The position numbers and the translations under genes were made by a program. 64,000 nucleotides of DNA from Flectonema sp. DT1601 (taxonomy: Eukaryota): NCBI GenBank assembly GCA_964019425.1, contig OZ025785.1, positions 186,001 through 250,000 of the forward strand, written 5' to 3'. Under the pieces are notes generated by a model, which saw nothing but the letters and a program-made list of their open reading frames with translations, had not been told where the DNA came from and did no database searches. Of this stretch, positions 32,279 to 45,097 are shown piece after piece; within the stretch, counting starts at the first letter, position 1; every line of letters begins with the position of its first letter.

Positions 32279-32951
32279 CTACCAGAAGGGAATCGCGAAG
32301 TAGTAGTCTTTCAGTGAGTAGTCACCAAGAATGTCATTTATTGTGTTATAATTGGATATGTCTTTGACAGGATCGTAACCTTCATATTCCTCATCACTTC
32401 CAATAAAGAGAAAATAATGTGTACGTGGTGCTCTAAGTGAAACTATAAGAAATGGTATACGCTTGTTTGAGACCTCTTGTTCTATAACGTCTAGTTCGTC
32501 AATAGTTACATGTGTAGACCTGAAGGACAGGTAGATTCCTAATTGATTCATAAATGACATGTTGATGGAACCATCCATCTTCTTCGAATTTGAACATCTT
32601 TAAAAACTTCTATTTCCTTCAAACCATCCGTGTTAAGTACAGTCTGATAGCGTTGACGTTGAATTAGAAACATTTTTGATATCTCAATTCTCTTCCTCCC
32701 CTCAAGATGGTCAGCTATAAAGTTAATAACAGCCCATCCACACTCACCTCCACTTAGACCTTTACCTGAAGTTTTATGAAGAGTTGTTGGGAATCGGTTA
32801 TCTGATGCTAATCTGATCTATTTCTGTTATGATTAGAGAGACCATTATGAGAACCAACTGAAATCGGATTAGTCTTCAGAAAAGGATACTTTTTAGTGTT
32901 TTGTCCATCAGAACCATTACACGGAATTGTATTCAGAGAGGGATTGTCTTG
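32279..32951 (-). pseudogene. Disrupted Josephin-like protease tail of copy 4
   Basis: Homologous to 20112-20634 (DNRFPTTLHKTSGKGLSGGECGW...THYFLF...YDP); separated from the gene by a TGA and frameshifts. Confidence 0.65.
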
Positions 32952-35900
32952 TCAGTTATAATCCTTATGCAGGTGGGGATACTTTGTTTTTGCAGAAGAG
33001 TATTTGATTTTTCCATTTACAGTTTCTTCTAATTTCCCACAATTAAGTTTCAAGGGACCGAATCTAAAAGTGTTCTCAATGAGTTCTGTTCCTGTGAAGT
33101 ACACACAGCCAATGGGTTCATATCCTATTCCTTCCCACCTGTTTATTTCTTCGGTTTTCAATTCATGAGCAGTTGTGTTAAAAACGACGAAATATGAGAT
33201 CTTTTTCCTTTCAAGAAACTCGACACACTCCGATTCAAGGATGTTATTTTTAGCCTTTAACCAGTCAGCTGCAGAGAACTTCTGCACAAATTTGTCCTGC
33301 ATAAGAGCCACCAATAGTTTATCCCCACAGGAAAACGGAACAATACGTTCTACTCCCTTTTCGTTTTGCTTCTCTGATGCGACAGTGTAACCATCCTTCA
33401 AGTCTTGTAGAATAGTCTCGCCGTGCTTCTTATTATATAGTCTGTTGATCACCTTAGTTTCAGAGCTATCCACATCTTCTGATTTTCCCAGATTTTCGGC
33501 AAACTTCACTAACGATGTCTTCTCGGACCCCGGTATTATTATTTTGAGTTTTTTATTCTTAAAATCATTAGATTCTTCAAATTTCATACCAGAAAACTTT
33601 GCCCCTGCAAAAAAGTCCTCCACTGTAACTTCCTTTCCATTTCCCACAAGAATCTTTCTAATACACTCAAAGTTCATTGTTACGGTTTCCATGTTCTTCT
33701 CTTGTCCTGGAACACATAAGACGTCACCCTCGTAAGCATCTCGTAGATGATTCTTTAGTAACTTAATGAGATTATTATTACCATCGATGTCATCATTGTT
33801 GTCATCATTAGCCCACAGTCTTAACAACTGAGGTACCAAATACTGTAGGCCGTCTGCATCCTGAATTAATCCCTTCTCCTTCCAAAGTTCTAAATCATCA
33901 CCTGACACGCTACCAGTGAACCAACGACATACATTCTTATAATTGAGGAAGTTATTTATTATATTTAACTTTACTCTCGAGTATGACTTCTTAATCTTAT
34001 AACTAAAAACACTCTCAGAATCATTCGTGTCGAGTAATGAGAGGAGTCCCGGGTTACCTCCACACGACAGAAATGATTGCCAAAGAGACTTCGATTCACG
34101 AATAACTTTCATCTTTTCATCAGCAATCGCAAGGATCGAATTTTCCGGACTGAGATTGTACAACGGAATACTTGAGATGGATCCGTCTGTCGTCAAATAG
34201 TCAGAATCGAGTCCTGTGAAGACGAACATGACACGCTTGTTGGAGTTCTTCCTTGAGTCATCTTGAATGGTCATGAGTGCAGAGATAAGGGACTGCACAT
34301 ATTGGGATTGCACATTTCCTTTCTGTCCATCATCGTGTGGGATGAGATCATCGACGAAGATGATCATACCCTTGCGGTTCTCGTATTTCTTGAGATCGAA
34401 TAGCTGTTCTATTATCTCTACCAGGGAAGGTGGAGACTGAGCAGTTTCGTCACTTATCCCATTGGAAGACAGCAGTTGGGTAGTAAACTGTTTGATTTGT
34501 TCATCTTTATCATTAGACAGTTCGACTGGTTCAGAATAAGTGACGACAACAGAAATGAATTCTTCTTCATTAACCTCAGCTGACATGTTTTTAATGAATG
34601 TTGTCTTCCCAGCCCCAGGGATACCAATCGCTGCCAGGGGTTTGAATCCGCCGCCCTCTTTATTTTTATTTAGAAACTGGTCCTCATCTTCTCCAAAAAA
34701 GAATGCCTCTTTATATTTATTAAATACTTCGATGCTCTTTTCACGCCCAAGAAATGGTTTAAATGGTTCACTTGCCCATCTGAGAGAATTTAACTTTTGT
34801 TTGGAATCCTTGATTTTTGAACCTTCGATCGCTTTTTCTAATTCGATGCTCTCTCCTAATTTAGCGACATTTCCTTCTAATTTATCATTCTGAAGTTTAG
34901 TACAACCCCTTTTTAATCCTGTGATGTCTGTTATAATTGACATAGTACCATTAATTAATATCCACATGCTCATTGGTAATTCCTTCTCTTTTATTGTTTT
35001 GATGCACGGTAATAATTTGGTGATTTCATTTGATATTCGTCGATTATTAATTAAGCGATTGATGTATGCTTTTTGGTCCGTGTCTAATTGTCCGGAATAA
35101 AAATTAAAAACTTCGTTATTTTCCCAACCTTCGACTCCATTTTGTAGTTCATTGATGCACTCTGTTGGTTCAATACAACTTTTTCTTATGTTTTCGATCT
35201 CTTCTAAACTTTTTAAACATAGTTCGGTGGTATCGTTTTTTAGTTTCTTTTTTGAGTCCTCAATTTTGTTTTCTAATTCCGTATTATTTGGTACCACGTC
35301 TTCTGATGATGCGATGGCCACCAAAAATAGAAAAGTCTTAAACATTTCGAAGATAGTACTTATTGTGCTGATTTGCGTATTAATTGTGGAAATGATATCA
35401 CCTAACGCAGATTTGGATTTTCCAAGGCTGCCTAAACTTTTGATGGCTGTTTCGATATTATTTTCAAAAGGCTTATTATTAATTAATTTATTAATTAAAT
35501 TTTTTAGTTTTTTACCAATGGTCAAGTTTAGTTGAGTAGCAGCCCTACGATCTTTGGCCTTTATTTGTAATTCATTCCAGCTGCTTGTTAACGATTCTAC
35601 ATGCTCGGTTTTTGTTACGTTGATGCTCGTTACTAATTTGATGATTTCATTTAATACTAATTGATCTTTAATCAAGCAATTGATGACCGGTTCATAGGTA
35701 TCGATGCACTTCGTGGTAGTTTCCAATTGGAACTTTTCATCATCTGTTAAGATATCATTAAAATTAAAATTAATATCAATCTTCTTCTTCCAATTATGTT
35801 TCCCTGCCAATGAATTATATTCCTCCTTAAAGGTCAGTAATTTACTATTACTTTCGAGTAATGCCGCCTCCCCCTCCTCCAAAGATTTAACACACTCGTA

Positions 35901-36227
35901 ATAATCTTTATTATTATTCAATTCGCTGCATGGGATGGAAGTAAACATCGTTTGGTCTTTTTCCAGCTTCGTCTTCTTCTCATCGATCTGTTTCTTACAT
36001 ACCAGGAGACATCCTAACGTTACTTTATTAGCTTCAGCCTGACTTGTCTCAGATCCGTTATTTATTAACTCTACAATGTCCTCAATAGTTTCGTGTTTTT
36101 CATTACCTTCGGATGATTGTTTTTTAATTACTCCGTTGATTTCATCAATTGCCTTCTGTAGTTTATTAATTTCCTTTTTGATAAAGGATTCCCTCTCAGA
36201 AGATGTTTCAGGCAAGACTCCAGACAT
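32952..36227 (-). CDS. Crinkler/RHS-like NTPase-nuclease protein, array copy 4 (1091 aa; chimera of copies 2 and 6)
   Basis: Identical to copy 2 up to CIRKIL and identical to copy 6 afterwards. Confidence 0.85.
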   Translation of the reverse strand: MSGVLPETSSERESFIKKEINKLQKAIDEINGVIKKQSSEGNEKHETIEDIVELINNGSETSQAEANKVTLGCLLVCKKQIDEKKTKLEKDQTMFTSIPCSELNNNKDYYECVKSLEEGEAALLESNSKLLTFKEEYNSLAGKHNWKKKIDINFNFNDILTDDEKFQLETTTKCIDTYEPVINCLIKDQLVLNEIIKLVTSINVTKTEHVESLTSSWNELQIKAKDRRAATQLNLTIGKKLKNLINKLINNKPFENNIETAIKSLGSLGKSKSALGDIISTINTQISTISTIFEMFKTFLFLVAIASSEDVVPNNTELENKIEDSKKKLKNDTTELCLKSLEEIENIRKSCIEPTECINELQNGVEGWENNEVFNFYSGQLDTDQKAYINRLINNRRISNEITKLLPCIKTIKEKELPMSMWILINGTMSIITDITGLKRGCTKLQNDKLEGNVAKLGESIELEKAIEGSKIKDSKQKLNSLRWASEPFKPFLGREKSIEVFNKYKEAFFFGEDEDQFLNKNKEGGGFKPLAAIGIPGAGKTTFIKNMSAEVNEEEFISVVVTYSEPVELSNDKDEQIKQFTTQLLSSNGISDETAQSPPSLVEIIEQLFDLKKYENRKGMIIFVDDLIPHDDGQKGNVQSQYVQSLISALMTIQDDSRKNSNKRVMFVFTGLDSDYLTTDGSISSIPLYNLSPENSILAIADEKMKVIRESKSLWQSFLSCGGNPGLLSLLDTNDSESVFSYKIKKSYSRVKLNIINNFLNYKNVCRWFTGSVSGDDLELWKEKGLIQDADGLQYLVPQLLRLWANDDNNDDIDGNNNLIKLLKNHLRDAYEGDVLCVPGQEKNMETVTMNFECIRKILVGNGKEVTVEDFFAGAKFSGMKFEESNDFKNKKLKIIIPGSEKTSLVKFAENLGKSEDVDSSETKVINRLYNKKHGETILQDLKDGYTVASEKQNEKGVERIVPFSCGDKLLVALMQDKFVQKFSAADWLKAKNNILESECVEFLERKKISYFVVFNTTAHELKTEEINRWEGIGYEPIGCVYFTGTELIENTFRFGPLKLNCGKLEETVNGKIKYSSAKTKYPHLHKDYN

Positions 36228-37212
36228 TGTTATATTTTATTAGGTTACTTGTTATTGTAATCAAACTTCGAGGAATTCTTAAATTGCATAAAAACTGAAA
36301 CACCGTTTTATCAACTCCGAGTTGCTTAAGTGAGAACAGTTGGTGAGTTCACTCTCACAACCCTTCAGGTTACTTTCTTTCATTTGTCCCTGATGAAGAT
36401 TTTAGACAGAGTGGGTATTGCTGAAAGATAAGTGTAATAATAATATTAATGTATTCATAGGAAACTCACTCACTCAACTCACCCTCCTCTTCTTCCACTT
36501 CTCTTACCGATCCTTTATTGTTACTGAAGAAATGTGAAGATTTAATTAATCGTTTTTTGAGTCGAATATAATTTTTAATTAACTCTCAATTCTGAGAGCT
36601 ACCTGAAAGTTAGTCAACTCGATTTCATTATAATTAGTTGGCAGTGTTTTCACAAAACGAGTATTCATTTGGTACACAAAAGGTTTGTTAATGTTATTTT
36701 AGATATCTGATGTATTTATTGCAAGACATCAATTAAATAAAAAAGTTAGGTTCTCAGGATAAAAAGGTCAGGCTTTGAATTCCAAAATTGGAGGCGAATA
36801 TGCCGAGAGAGAGAGAGAAAGAGAAAAAAACTCTCTCACACACAAAAGCCTTGCAAAACTACTAATTCATGTGGGTCATAATTTTATTATTTGATATATA
36901 GGTAGTTTGTTAAAAAAAGGAGAGTTTGAGGTTTTTTTTTTAATATTGTATCAAAAAAAGTTAACTAAAAAATAAAACTATTAGTTATGATACACGTTGA
37001 CTAAAGGTAATGTTAGTATCGGTAAACACTCTGCATGTGACGTAAAGACTTCACACTATAATTATAATGCAAGGTCCCTACGTTAAAGGAGGAGGGGGGA
37101 TGTATGTTCGATTTTGTAAAAATTACAACTGTGTTGTATCATAAAAACATAAAGATAATTTAACATTAGTTTTAAATACAGTGACTAAGGGTGATGCGCA
37201 ACTTAGCATATT

Positions 37213-37348
37213 AAAGTAACTATAGGTTTCGAGAGTAATCCATATACCTCTTACCTCTATTCTCTCTCATCAGTATGGTGTAGAAGTAAGTCAGTCAAAT
37301 GTTGAGACTGAGTCATTCCAGTTTGCAGGACTGGAATGTAGTTACTTT
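37213..37348 (-). ncRNA. Predicted rearranged hammerhead ribozyme, family A copy 3
   Basis: Identical to 25067-25202 (within the duplication). Confidence 0.75.
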
Positions 37349-38578
37349 AAGTTTCACGTTCATAATAAAAAAAACATATTATTTACTGTTACTAGTTCGT
37401 GAAAAGGAAGGGGGTTGAGGAATATCAAAAGAAATTTATAAAAAAAAAACCCATTCACCCTCTACAACAATAATCTACTAAAGATAAATTGATTATAATG
37501 ATGTTTTGTTAGATATGTAAAGGATGTTAACGGCTACTGGTCGATGTTGAAAAAGGTAAGAAAAAGGAGATCAAATTAAAATAATTCAAAAGCAGAAGAA
37601 GAGAAGAGAAGGAAATCATCACAAGACAATCAGTTAAAATTAACTGGGGTTGGTATTTATTTTTTTTTAAAAAAAACTGATCGTTGTTGTACAACATTAC
37701 AAAACTTCCCTCCTCCACAGTACTTCCACGTCCATTGAAAACATGTGGACAGGAGCAGGGAGTTCGGATGGCCTTCAGTCTTTCAGTGTCGGAGTATTCA
37801 ACATTCGAAATAAAATATTTAAAAAAAACAAAAAAACTAAAATAAAAAACACACACTCAATTATTTGGTAATCAGCAAAATACTGAAAATAAATACCACC
37901 GCTGACCAGCTTCAAAGGGTACCAAAAATCCCACAGGTACGGACTTGATGGGAAAAAACTCCCCTCACCAGTCAGTAACTTGTATCGTATGTTTTCGTAT
38001 CTTTGCTCACATTAGTTTGGTACACAAAAGGTTTCTAAAACTCTGTTGTGTATTCGCAAGAATGGTTAGGGAAGGAAATAAAAAAATTTTCAAAAAAAAA
38101 AAAAAAATTGAACTTCAAGAATTCGCACAAAGAGGATTATTTCATTAGTTCACTCAAAGAAAGATGAAATAAACAAAACCCCCACGACAAAGGATAGGAC
38201 GGAGTTCAGTCATATTTACTTCCAAATCATTCACACTTAACTTTTGGAGTTATCTCGGGGAGAGGGAAAAACAACTAAAGCAACGGGCAAGGTTGTGGGT
38301 GTTTTCTGTTTACACTTTCTTCTATTCGTAGTATTTTTTATTCTTTTTTTTTTTTTCATTTCACACTCAAAATTGAAATCCCTCGAGTTGACATAATTTG
38401 TGTCACAAATTCGACGGGACATTATTATCATCGCAGTGAGACGACTGTTTTTACTTCACAACAATCTTTTGAATGAGCAAGTAGAAATGATTTGAGATCC
38501 AGAGGAGGGATGTCTTCAGACGAGTACATCACAGCGTGATATTCGTAGTCTTTCAGTGAGTACTTAACAAGAATGCCA

Positions 38579-41500
38579 TTATAATCCGTTATAATCCTTA
38601 TGCAGGTGGGGATACACTTTTTTTACAGGAGAGTATTCGGTTTTTCCTTTTACAGTTACTTTTAATTTCGCACAATTAAGTTTCAAGGGACCGAATCTAG
38701 AAGTGCTCTCGACGAGTGCTGTTCCTGTGAAGTGCACACAGCCAATGGGTTTATGTCCTATTCCTCCTTCCCCCCAGCTGCTTATGTCTTCATGTTCATA
38801 AAAAGTTGTGTTAAAAACGACGAAATATTGGATCCCTTTCCTTTTAAGAAACTCGACACACGGCGATTTGAGGATGTTATCTTTTGCTGCTGACCAGTAG
38901 TCAGTGGTAGACACAAATTTGTCCTGCATAAGAGCCACCAATAGATCATCCCCACAGTAAAACGGAACAATACGTTCTACTCCCTTTTCGTTTTGCTTCT
39001 CTGATGCGACAGTGTAACCATCCTTCAAGTAGTTTAGAATCTTCTTGTCGTGCTTCCCATTATAACCTTTGTTTTTCTGCCTAGTTTTAGAGCTATTTTC
39101 CGTCTCAGTTTTAGAGCTATCCACATCTTCTGATTGTCCCAGATTTTCGGCAAACTTCACTAACGATGTCTTCTCGGACTCCGGTATTATTATTTTGAGT
39201 TTTTCCTTTTCAAATTTCTCATCAGAAAACATTGCCCCTGCAAAAAAGTCCTTCACTGTAACTACCTCTTTATTAACTAAAAGAATCTTTCTAATACACT
39301 CAAAGTTCATTGTTACGGTTTCCATGTTCTTCTCTTGTCCTGGAACACATAAGACGTCACCCTCGTAAGCATCTCGTAGATGATTCTTTAGTAACTTAAT
39401 GAGATTATTATTACCATTGATGTCATCATTGTTGTCATCATTAGCCCACAGTCTTAACAACTGAGGTACCAAATACTGTAGGCCGTCTGCATCCTGAATT
39501 AATCCCTTCTCCTTCCAAAGTTCTAAATCATCACCCGACACGCTACCAGTGAACCAACGACATACATTCTCATAATTGAGGAAGTTATTTATTATATTTA
39601 ACTTTACTCTCGAGTATGACTCCTTAATCTTATAACTAAAAACACTCTCAGAATCATTCGTGTCGAGTAATGAGAGGAGTCCCGGGTTACCTCCACACGA
39701 CAGAAATGATTGCCAAAGAGACTTCGATTCACGAATGACTTTCATCTTTTTTTTCATCTCTGCATTCATCTTTTTATTGATCTCTTTAATCTCTTTATTC
39801 ATCTTTTTTTTCATCTTTTTATTGATCTCTTTAATCTTCTTATTCATCTCTTCATTCATCTCTTTAATCTTTTCTTTCATCTCTTTATTCATCTTTTCTT
39901 TCATCTTTTTATTCATCCCTTCAATCTCTTCCTTCGTCTTTTCTTTCATCTCTTTAATCTTTTCTTTCATCTTTTTATTCATCCCTTCAATCTCTTCCTT
40001 CGTCTTTTCCTTCATCTCTTTAATCTTTTCTTTCATCTCTTTATTCATCTTTTCATCAGCAATCGCAAGGATCGAATTTTCCGGACTGAGATTGTACAAC
40101 GGAATACTTGAGATGGATCTGATGGATCCGTCTGTCGTCAAATAGTCAGAATCGAGTCCTGTGAAGACGAACATGACACGCTTGTTGGAGTTCTTCCTTG
40201 AGTCATCTTGAATGGTCATGAGTGCAGAGATAAGGGACCGCACATTTCCTATCTGTTTATCATCGTGTGGGATGAGATCATCGACGAAGATGATCATACC
40301 TTTACATTCCTTACATTCCTTGAGATCGAATATCTGTTCTATAATATCTTTCAGGGGAGGTGGAGACTGAGCTGTTTCGTCACTTATCCCATTGGAAGAC
40401 AGCAGTTGGGTAGTAAAGTGTTCGATATGTTCATCTTCCTTATCAGTAGACAGTTTGACTGGATCAGAATAAGTGACGACAACAGAAATGAATTCTTCTT
40501 CATTAACCTCAGCTGACATGTTTTTAATGAATGTTGTCTTCCCAGCCCCAGGGATACCAATCGCTGCCAGGGGTTTGAATCCGCCGCTCAATCCTCCCTC
40601 TTCATTTTTATTTAAAAACTCTTTAAGCATGTTCTCATCGTTTCCAAAGAATGCCTTTTTATATTTATTAAATACTTCGATGCTCTTTTCACGCCCAAGA
40701 AATGGTTTAAATAGTTCACTTACCCATCTGAGAGAATTTAACTTTTGTTTGTGACCCTTGATTTTAGTTTTTAACCTCTCGGTCTTTTCTTCTAATTTGA
40801 TGCAGTTTTTTAAGTCAGTGATATTTTCTGTTAATTTACCAACATTTATTTTTAGATGTCGGTTGTTTTTTAATTCTTTGATGTGTGCTATAATTCGGAT
40901 GGTATCATTAATTAATATCCACATGCTCATTGGTAATTCCTTCTCTTCTATTGTTCTGATGCACCCGATGATTTCATTTGATAATTCCTTGTTGATTCTA
41001 GATTGATTATTTAAGTACGATTCACAGGTAGCGATGCTTTCGATGGTACTTTCCAATAATTCGTCGATCTCAAAGTCCTCCTTATTTATTAATTTGCAGA
41101 TGTAATCTTCTATTTTCTTGACGATTTCTGTGGGTTTAATAGAACTTTTTCCTAACCAGCCGATGATCCTTTCTAAACTTTCGATTTTACCTTTGACCTT
41201 TAAGCTCTCTTCTAAGTCCTTAATGTTTGCTTTTACTTCTTCAATTTTTGCTTCCCTAGAATCGCCTTCTAATCCTTTGATGTCCATTAAAATATTCCCA
41301 AATATCTCGTAGCTCATTGGTAATTCCACGGGGCTATTTCTTATTTCTTCGATGCACTTGTCCAATTTAGGAATGATTTCATTTGGTAGTGATAGATCCT
41401 TCCAGTCATTGGGGAGGTCTTCGAGGATCTTTTCAAAAGTCTCGTTATTTCCTTTTCCGAAATTTTCTTTGATTCTTAAGCTCTCTTCTAAGCCCTTAAT

Positions 41501-42304
41501 GTTTTCTTCCAATTCTTTTATTTCTGCTTCCCCAAGATCGCCTTCTTTCATTAAAAGCAGGATGATCTTCCTAAACTTCTCGTCGATATTTGGTAATTCC
41601 ACGGGGCTGTTTTCTATTTCTTCGATGCACTTGTTCAATGTAGGAATGATTTTCCTAAATATTAAGTGATCCTTGAAGTCATTGATGTACTGTTTAAGAT
41701 TATTATTAGGGATGTCATTCTCTTTTTCCAATTCACTGATGACATTTTGAAAAGACTTGTTCCTTTTCAAGTCCTGGATGCTCTTTCTTGACTCCTCGAT
41801 GATGTTAACCTTTTCATCATCATTAAAATTAATATCAATCTTCATCCATTGAAGATCTCTTATCACCGCTGGAATATAGTTATGCTTAAAGTCCAGTAAT
41901 TTTTTATCACGATTACTTTTGAGTAACTCCACCTCCCCCTCCTCCAAAGATTTAACACATGCATAATAACCTTCATTATCATTCAATTCGCTGCATGGGA
42001 TGGAAGTAAACTTCTTCTGGTCTTCTTCCAGCTTCTTCTTCTTCTCATCGATCTGTTTCTTACATACCAGGAGACATCCTAACGTTACTTTATTAAACTT
42101 CTTATCCTTATCAGCCTGAATTGTCGCAGATTCGTTACTTATTAACTCTACAATGTCCTCAATAGTTTTATGTTCTTCATTACCTTCGGATGATTGTTTT
42201 TCAATTACTCCGTTGATTTCATTAATTGCCTTCTGTAGTTTATTAATTTCCTGTTCGATAAAGGATTCCTTCCCAGAAGATGTTTCAGGCGAGACTCCAG
42301 ACAT
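38579..42304 (-). CDS. Crinkler/RHS-like NTPase-nuclease protein, array copy 5 (identical to copy 3)
   Basis: Translation identical to 26433-30158. Confidence 0.85.
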   Translation of the reverse strand: MSGVSPETSSGKESFIEQEINKLQKAINEINGVIEKQSSEGNEEHKTIEDIVELISNESATIQADKDKKFNKVTLGCLLVCKKQIDEKKKKLEEDQKKFTSIPCSELNDNEGYYACVKSLEEGEVELLKSNRDKKLLDFKHNYIPAVIRDLQWMKIDINFNDDEKVNIIEESRKSIQDLKRNKSFQNVISELEKENDIPNNNLKQYINDFKDHLIFRKIIPTLNKCIEEIENSPVELPNIDEKFRKIILLLMKEGDLGEAEIKELEENIKGLEESLRIKENFGKGNNETFEKILEDLPNDWKDLSLPNEIIPKLDKCIEEIRNSPVELPMSYEIFGNILMDIKGLEGDSREAKIEEVKANIKDLEESLKVKGKIESLERIIGWLGKSSIKPTEIVKKIEDYICKLINKEDFEIDELLESTIESIATCESYLNNQSRINKELSNEIIGCIRTIEEKELPMSMWILINDTIRIIAHIKELKNNRHLKINVGKLTENITDLKNCIKLEEKTERLKTKIKGHKQKLNSLRWVSELFKPFLGREKSIEVFNKYKKAFFGNDENMLKEFLNKNEEGGLSGGFKPLAAIGIPGAGKTTFIKNMSAEVNEEEFISVVVTYSDPVKLSTDKEDEHIEHFTTQLLSSNGISDETAQSPPPLKDIIEQIFDLKECKECKGMIIFVDDLIPHDDKQIGNVRSLISALMTIQDDSRKNSNKRVMFVFTGLDSDYLTTDGSIRSISSIPLYNLSPENSILAIADEKMNKEMKEKIKEMKEKTKEEIEGMNKKMKEKIKEMKEKTKEEIEGMNKKMKEKMNKEMKEKIKEMNEEMNKKIKEINKKMKKKMNKEIKEINKKMNAEMKKKMKVIRESKSLWQSFLSCGGNPGLLSLLDTNDSESVFSYKIKESYSRVKLNIINNFLNYENVCRWFTGSVSGDDLELWKEKGLIQDADGLQYLVPQLLRLWANDDNNDDINGNNNLIKLLKNHLRDAYEGDVLCVPGQEKNMETVTMNFECIRKILLVNKEVVTVKDFFAGAMFSDEKFEKEKLKIIIPESEKTSLVKFAENLGQSEDVDSSKTETENSSKTRQKNKGYNGKHDKKILNYLKDGYTVASEKQNEKGVERIVPFYCGDDLLVALMQDKFVSTTDYWSAAKDNILKSPCVEFLKRKGIQYFVVFNTTFYEHEDISSWGEGGIGHKPIGCVHFTGTALVESTSRFGPLKLNCAKLKVTVKGKTEYSPVKKVYPHLHKDYNGL

Positions 42305-43949
42305 TGTTATATTTTATTAGGTTACTTGTTATTAATCAAACTTTGAGGAATTCTTAAATTGCATAAAAACTGAAACACCGTTTTATCAACTCCGAGTTGC
42401 TTAAGTGAGAACAGTTGGTGCGTTCACTCTCACAACCCTTCAGGTTACTTTCTTTCATTTGTCCCTGATGAAGATTTTAGACAGAGTGGGTATTGCTGAA
42501 AGATAAGTGTAATAATAATATTATTGTATTCATAGGAAACTCACTCACTCAACTCACCCTCCTCCTCTTCCACTTCTCTTACCGATCCTTTATTGTTACT
42601 GAAGAAATGTGAAGATTTAATTAATCGTTTTTTGAGTCGAATATAATTTTTAATTAACTCTCAATTCTGAGAGCTACCTGAAAGTTAGTCAACTTGATTT
42701 CATTATAATTAGTTGGCAGTGTTTTCACAAAACGAGTATTCATTTGGTACACAAAAGGTTTGTTAATGTTATTTTAGATATCTGATGTATTTATTGCAAG
42801 ACATCAATTAAATAAAAAAGTTAGGTTCTCAGGATAAAAAGGTCAGGCTTTGAATTCCAAAATTGGAGGCGAATATGCCGAGAGAGAGAGAAAGAGAAAA
42901 AAAACTCTCTCACACACAAAAGCCTTGCAAAACTACTAATTCATGTGGGTCATAATTTTATTATTTGATATATAGGTAGTTTGTTAAAAAAAGGAGAGTT
43001 TGAGGTTTTTTTTTTTTAATATTGTATCAAAAAAAGTTAACTAAAAAATAAAACTATTAGTTATGATACACGTTGACTAAAGGTAATGTTAGTATCGGTA
43101 AACACTCTGCATGTGACGTAAAGACTTCACACTATAATTATAATGCAAGGTCCCTACGTTAAAGGAGGAGGGGGAACTTGGTAATTTGATACGATACGAA
43201 AAGATTTATCTGGGAAGAATACTGCAGGTCTTTGTACAAAAGAATAAAAGTACTGTCACCATGAAACAGGAGGGGGGGTTGAGGAATATCAAAAAGAATT
43301 ATTCAAAAAAAAACCCATTCACCCTCTACAACAATAATCTACTAAAGATAAATTGATTATAATGATGTTTTGTTAGATATGTAAAGGATGTTAACGGCTA
43401 CTGGTCGATGTTGAAAAAAGTAAGAAAAAGGAGATCAAATTAAAATAATTCAAAAGAAGAAGAAGAGAAGAGAAGAAAATCATCAAAAGACAATCAGTTA
43501 AAATTAACTGGGGTTGGTATTTATTTTTTTTAAAAAAAACTGATCGTTGTTGTACAACATTACAAAACTTCCTTCCTCCACAGTACTTCCACGTCCATTG
43601 AAAACATGTGGACAGGAGCAGGGAGTTCGGATGGCCTTCAGTCTTTCAGTGTCGGGGTATTCAACATTCGAAATAAAATATTTAAAAAAAACAAAAAAAC
43701 TAAAATAAAAAACACTCAATTATTTGGTAATCAGCAAAATACTGAAAACAAATACCACCGCTGACCAGCTTCAAAGGGTGCCAAAAATCCCACAGGTACG
43801 GACTTGATGGGAAAAAACTCCCCTCACCAGTCAGTAACTTGTATCGCATGTTTTCGTATCTTTGCTCACATTAGTTTGGTACACAAAAGGTTTCTAAAAC
43901 TCTGTTGTGTATTCGCAAGAATGGTTAGGGAAGGAAATAAAAAGTTTTT

Positions 43950-43988
<39 letters not shown>

Positions 43989-44424
43989 ACTTCAAGAATT
44001 CGCACAAAGAGGATTATTTCATTAGTTCACTCAAAGAAAGGTGAAATAAACAAAACCCCCACGACAAAGGATTGGACGGAGTTCAGTCATATTTACTTCC
44101 AAATCATTCACACTGAGCTTTTGGGGTTATCTCGGGGAGAGGGAAAAACAACTAAAGCAACGGGCAAGGTTGTGGGTGTTTTCTGTTTACACTTTCTTCT
44201 ATTCGTAGTATTTTTTATTCCTTTTTTTTTTCATTTCACACTCAAAATTGAAATCCCTCGAGTTGACATAATTTGTGTCACCAATTCGACGGGACATTAT
44301 TATCATCGCAGTGAGACGACTGTTTTTACTTCACAACAATCTTTTTAATGAACAGGTAGAAATGATTTGAGATCCAGAGGAGGGATGTCTTCAGACGAGT
44401 ACATCACAGCGTGATATTCGTAGC

Positions 44425-45097
44425 CTACCAGAAGGGAATCGCGAAGTAGTAGTCTTTCAGTGAGTAGTCACCAAGAATGTCATTTATTGTGTTATAATTG
44501 GATATGTCTTTGACAGGATCGTAACCTTCATATTCCTCATCACTTCCAATAAAGAGAAAATAATGTGTACGTGGTGCTCTAAGTGAAACTATAAGAAATG
44601 GTATACGCTTGTTTGAGACCTCTTGTTCTATAACGTCTAGTTCGTCAATAGTTACATGTGTAGACCTGAAGGACAGGTAGATTCCTAATTGATTCATAAA
44701 TGACATGTTGATGGAACCATCCATCTTCTTCGAATTTGAACATCTTTAAAAACTTCTATTTCCTTCAAACCATCCGTGTTAAGTACAGTCTGATAGCGTT
44801 GACGTTGAATTAGAAACATTTTTGATATCTCAATTCTCTTCCTCCCCTCAAGATGGTCAGCTATAAAGTTAATAACAGCCCATCCACACTCACCTCCACT
44901 TAGACCTTTACCTGAAGTTTTATGAAGAGTTGTTGGGAATCGGTTATCTGATGCTAATCTGATCTATTTCTGTTATGATTAGAGAGACCATTATGAGAAC
45001 CAACTGAAATCGGATTAGTCTTCAGAAAAGGATACTTTTTAGTGTTTTGTCCATCAGAACCATTACACGGAATTGTATTCAGAGAGGGATTGTCTTG
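44425..45097 (-). pseudogene. Disrupted Josephin-like protease tail of copy 6
   Basis: Identical to 32279-32951. Confidence 0.65.
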
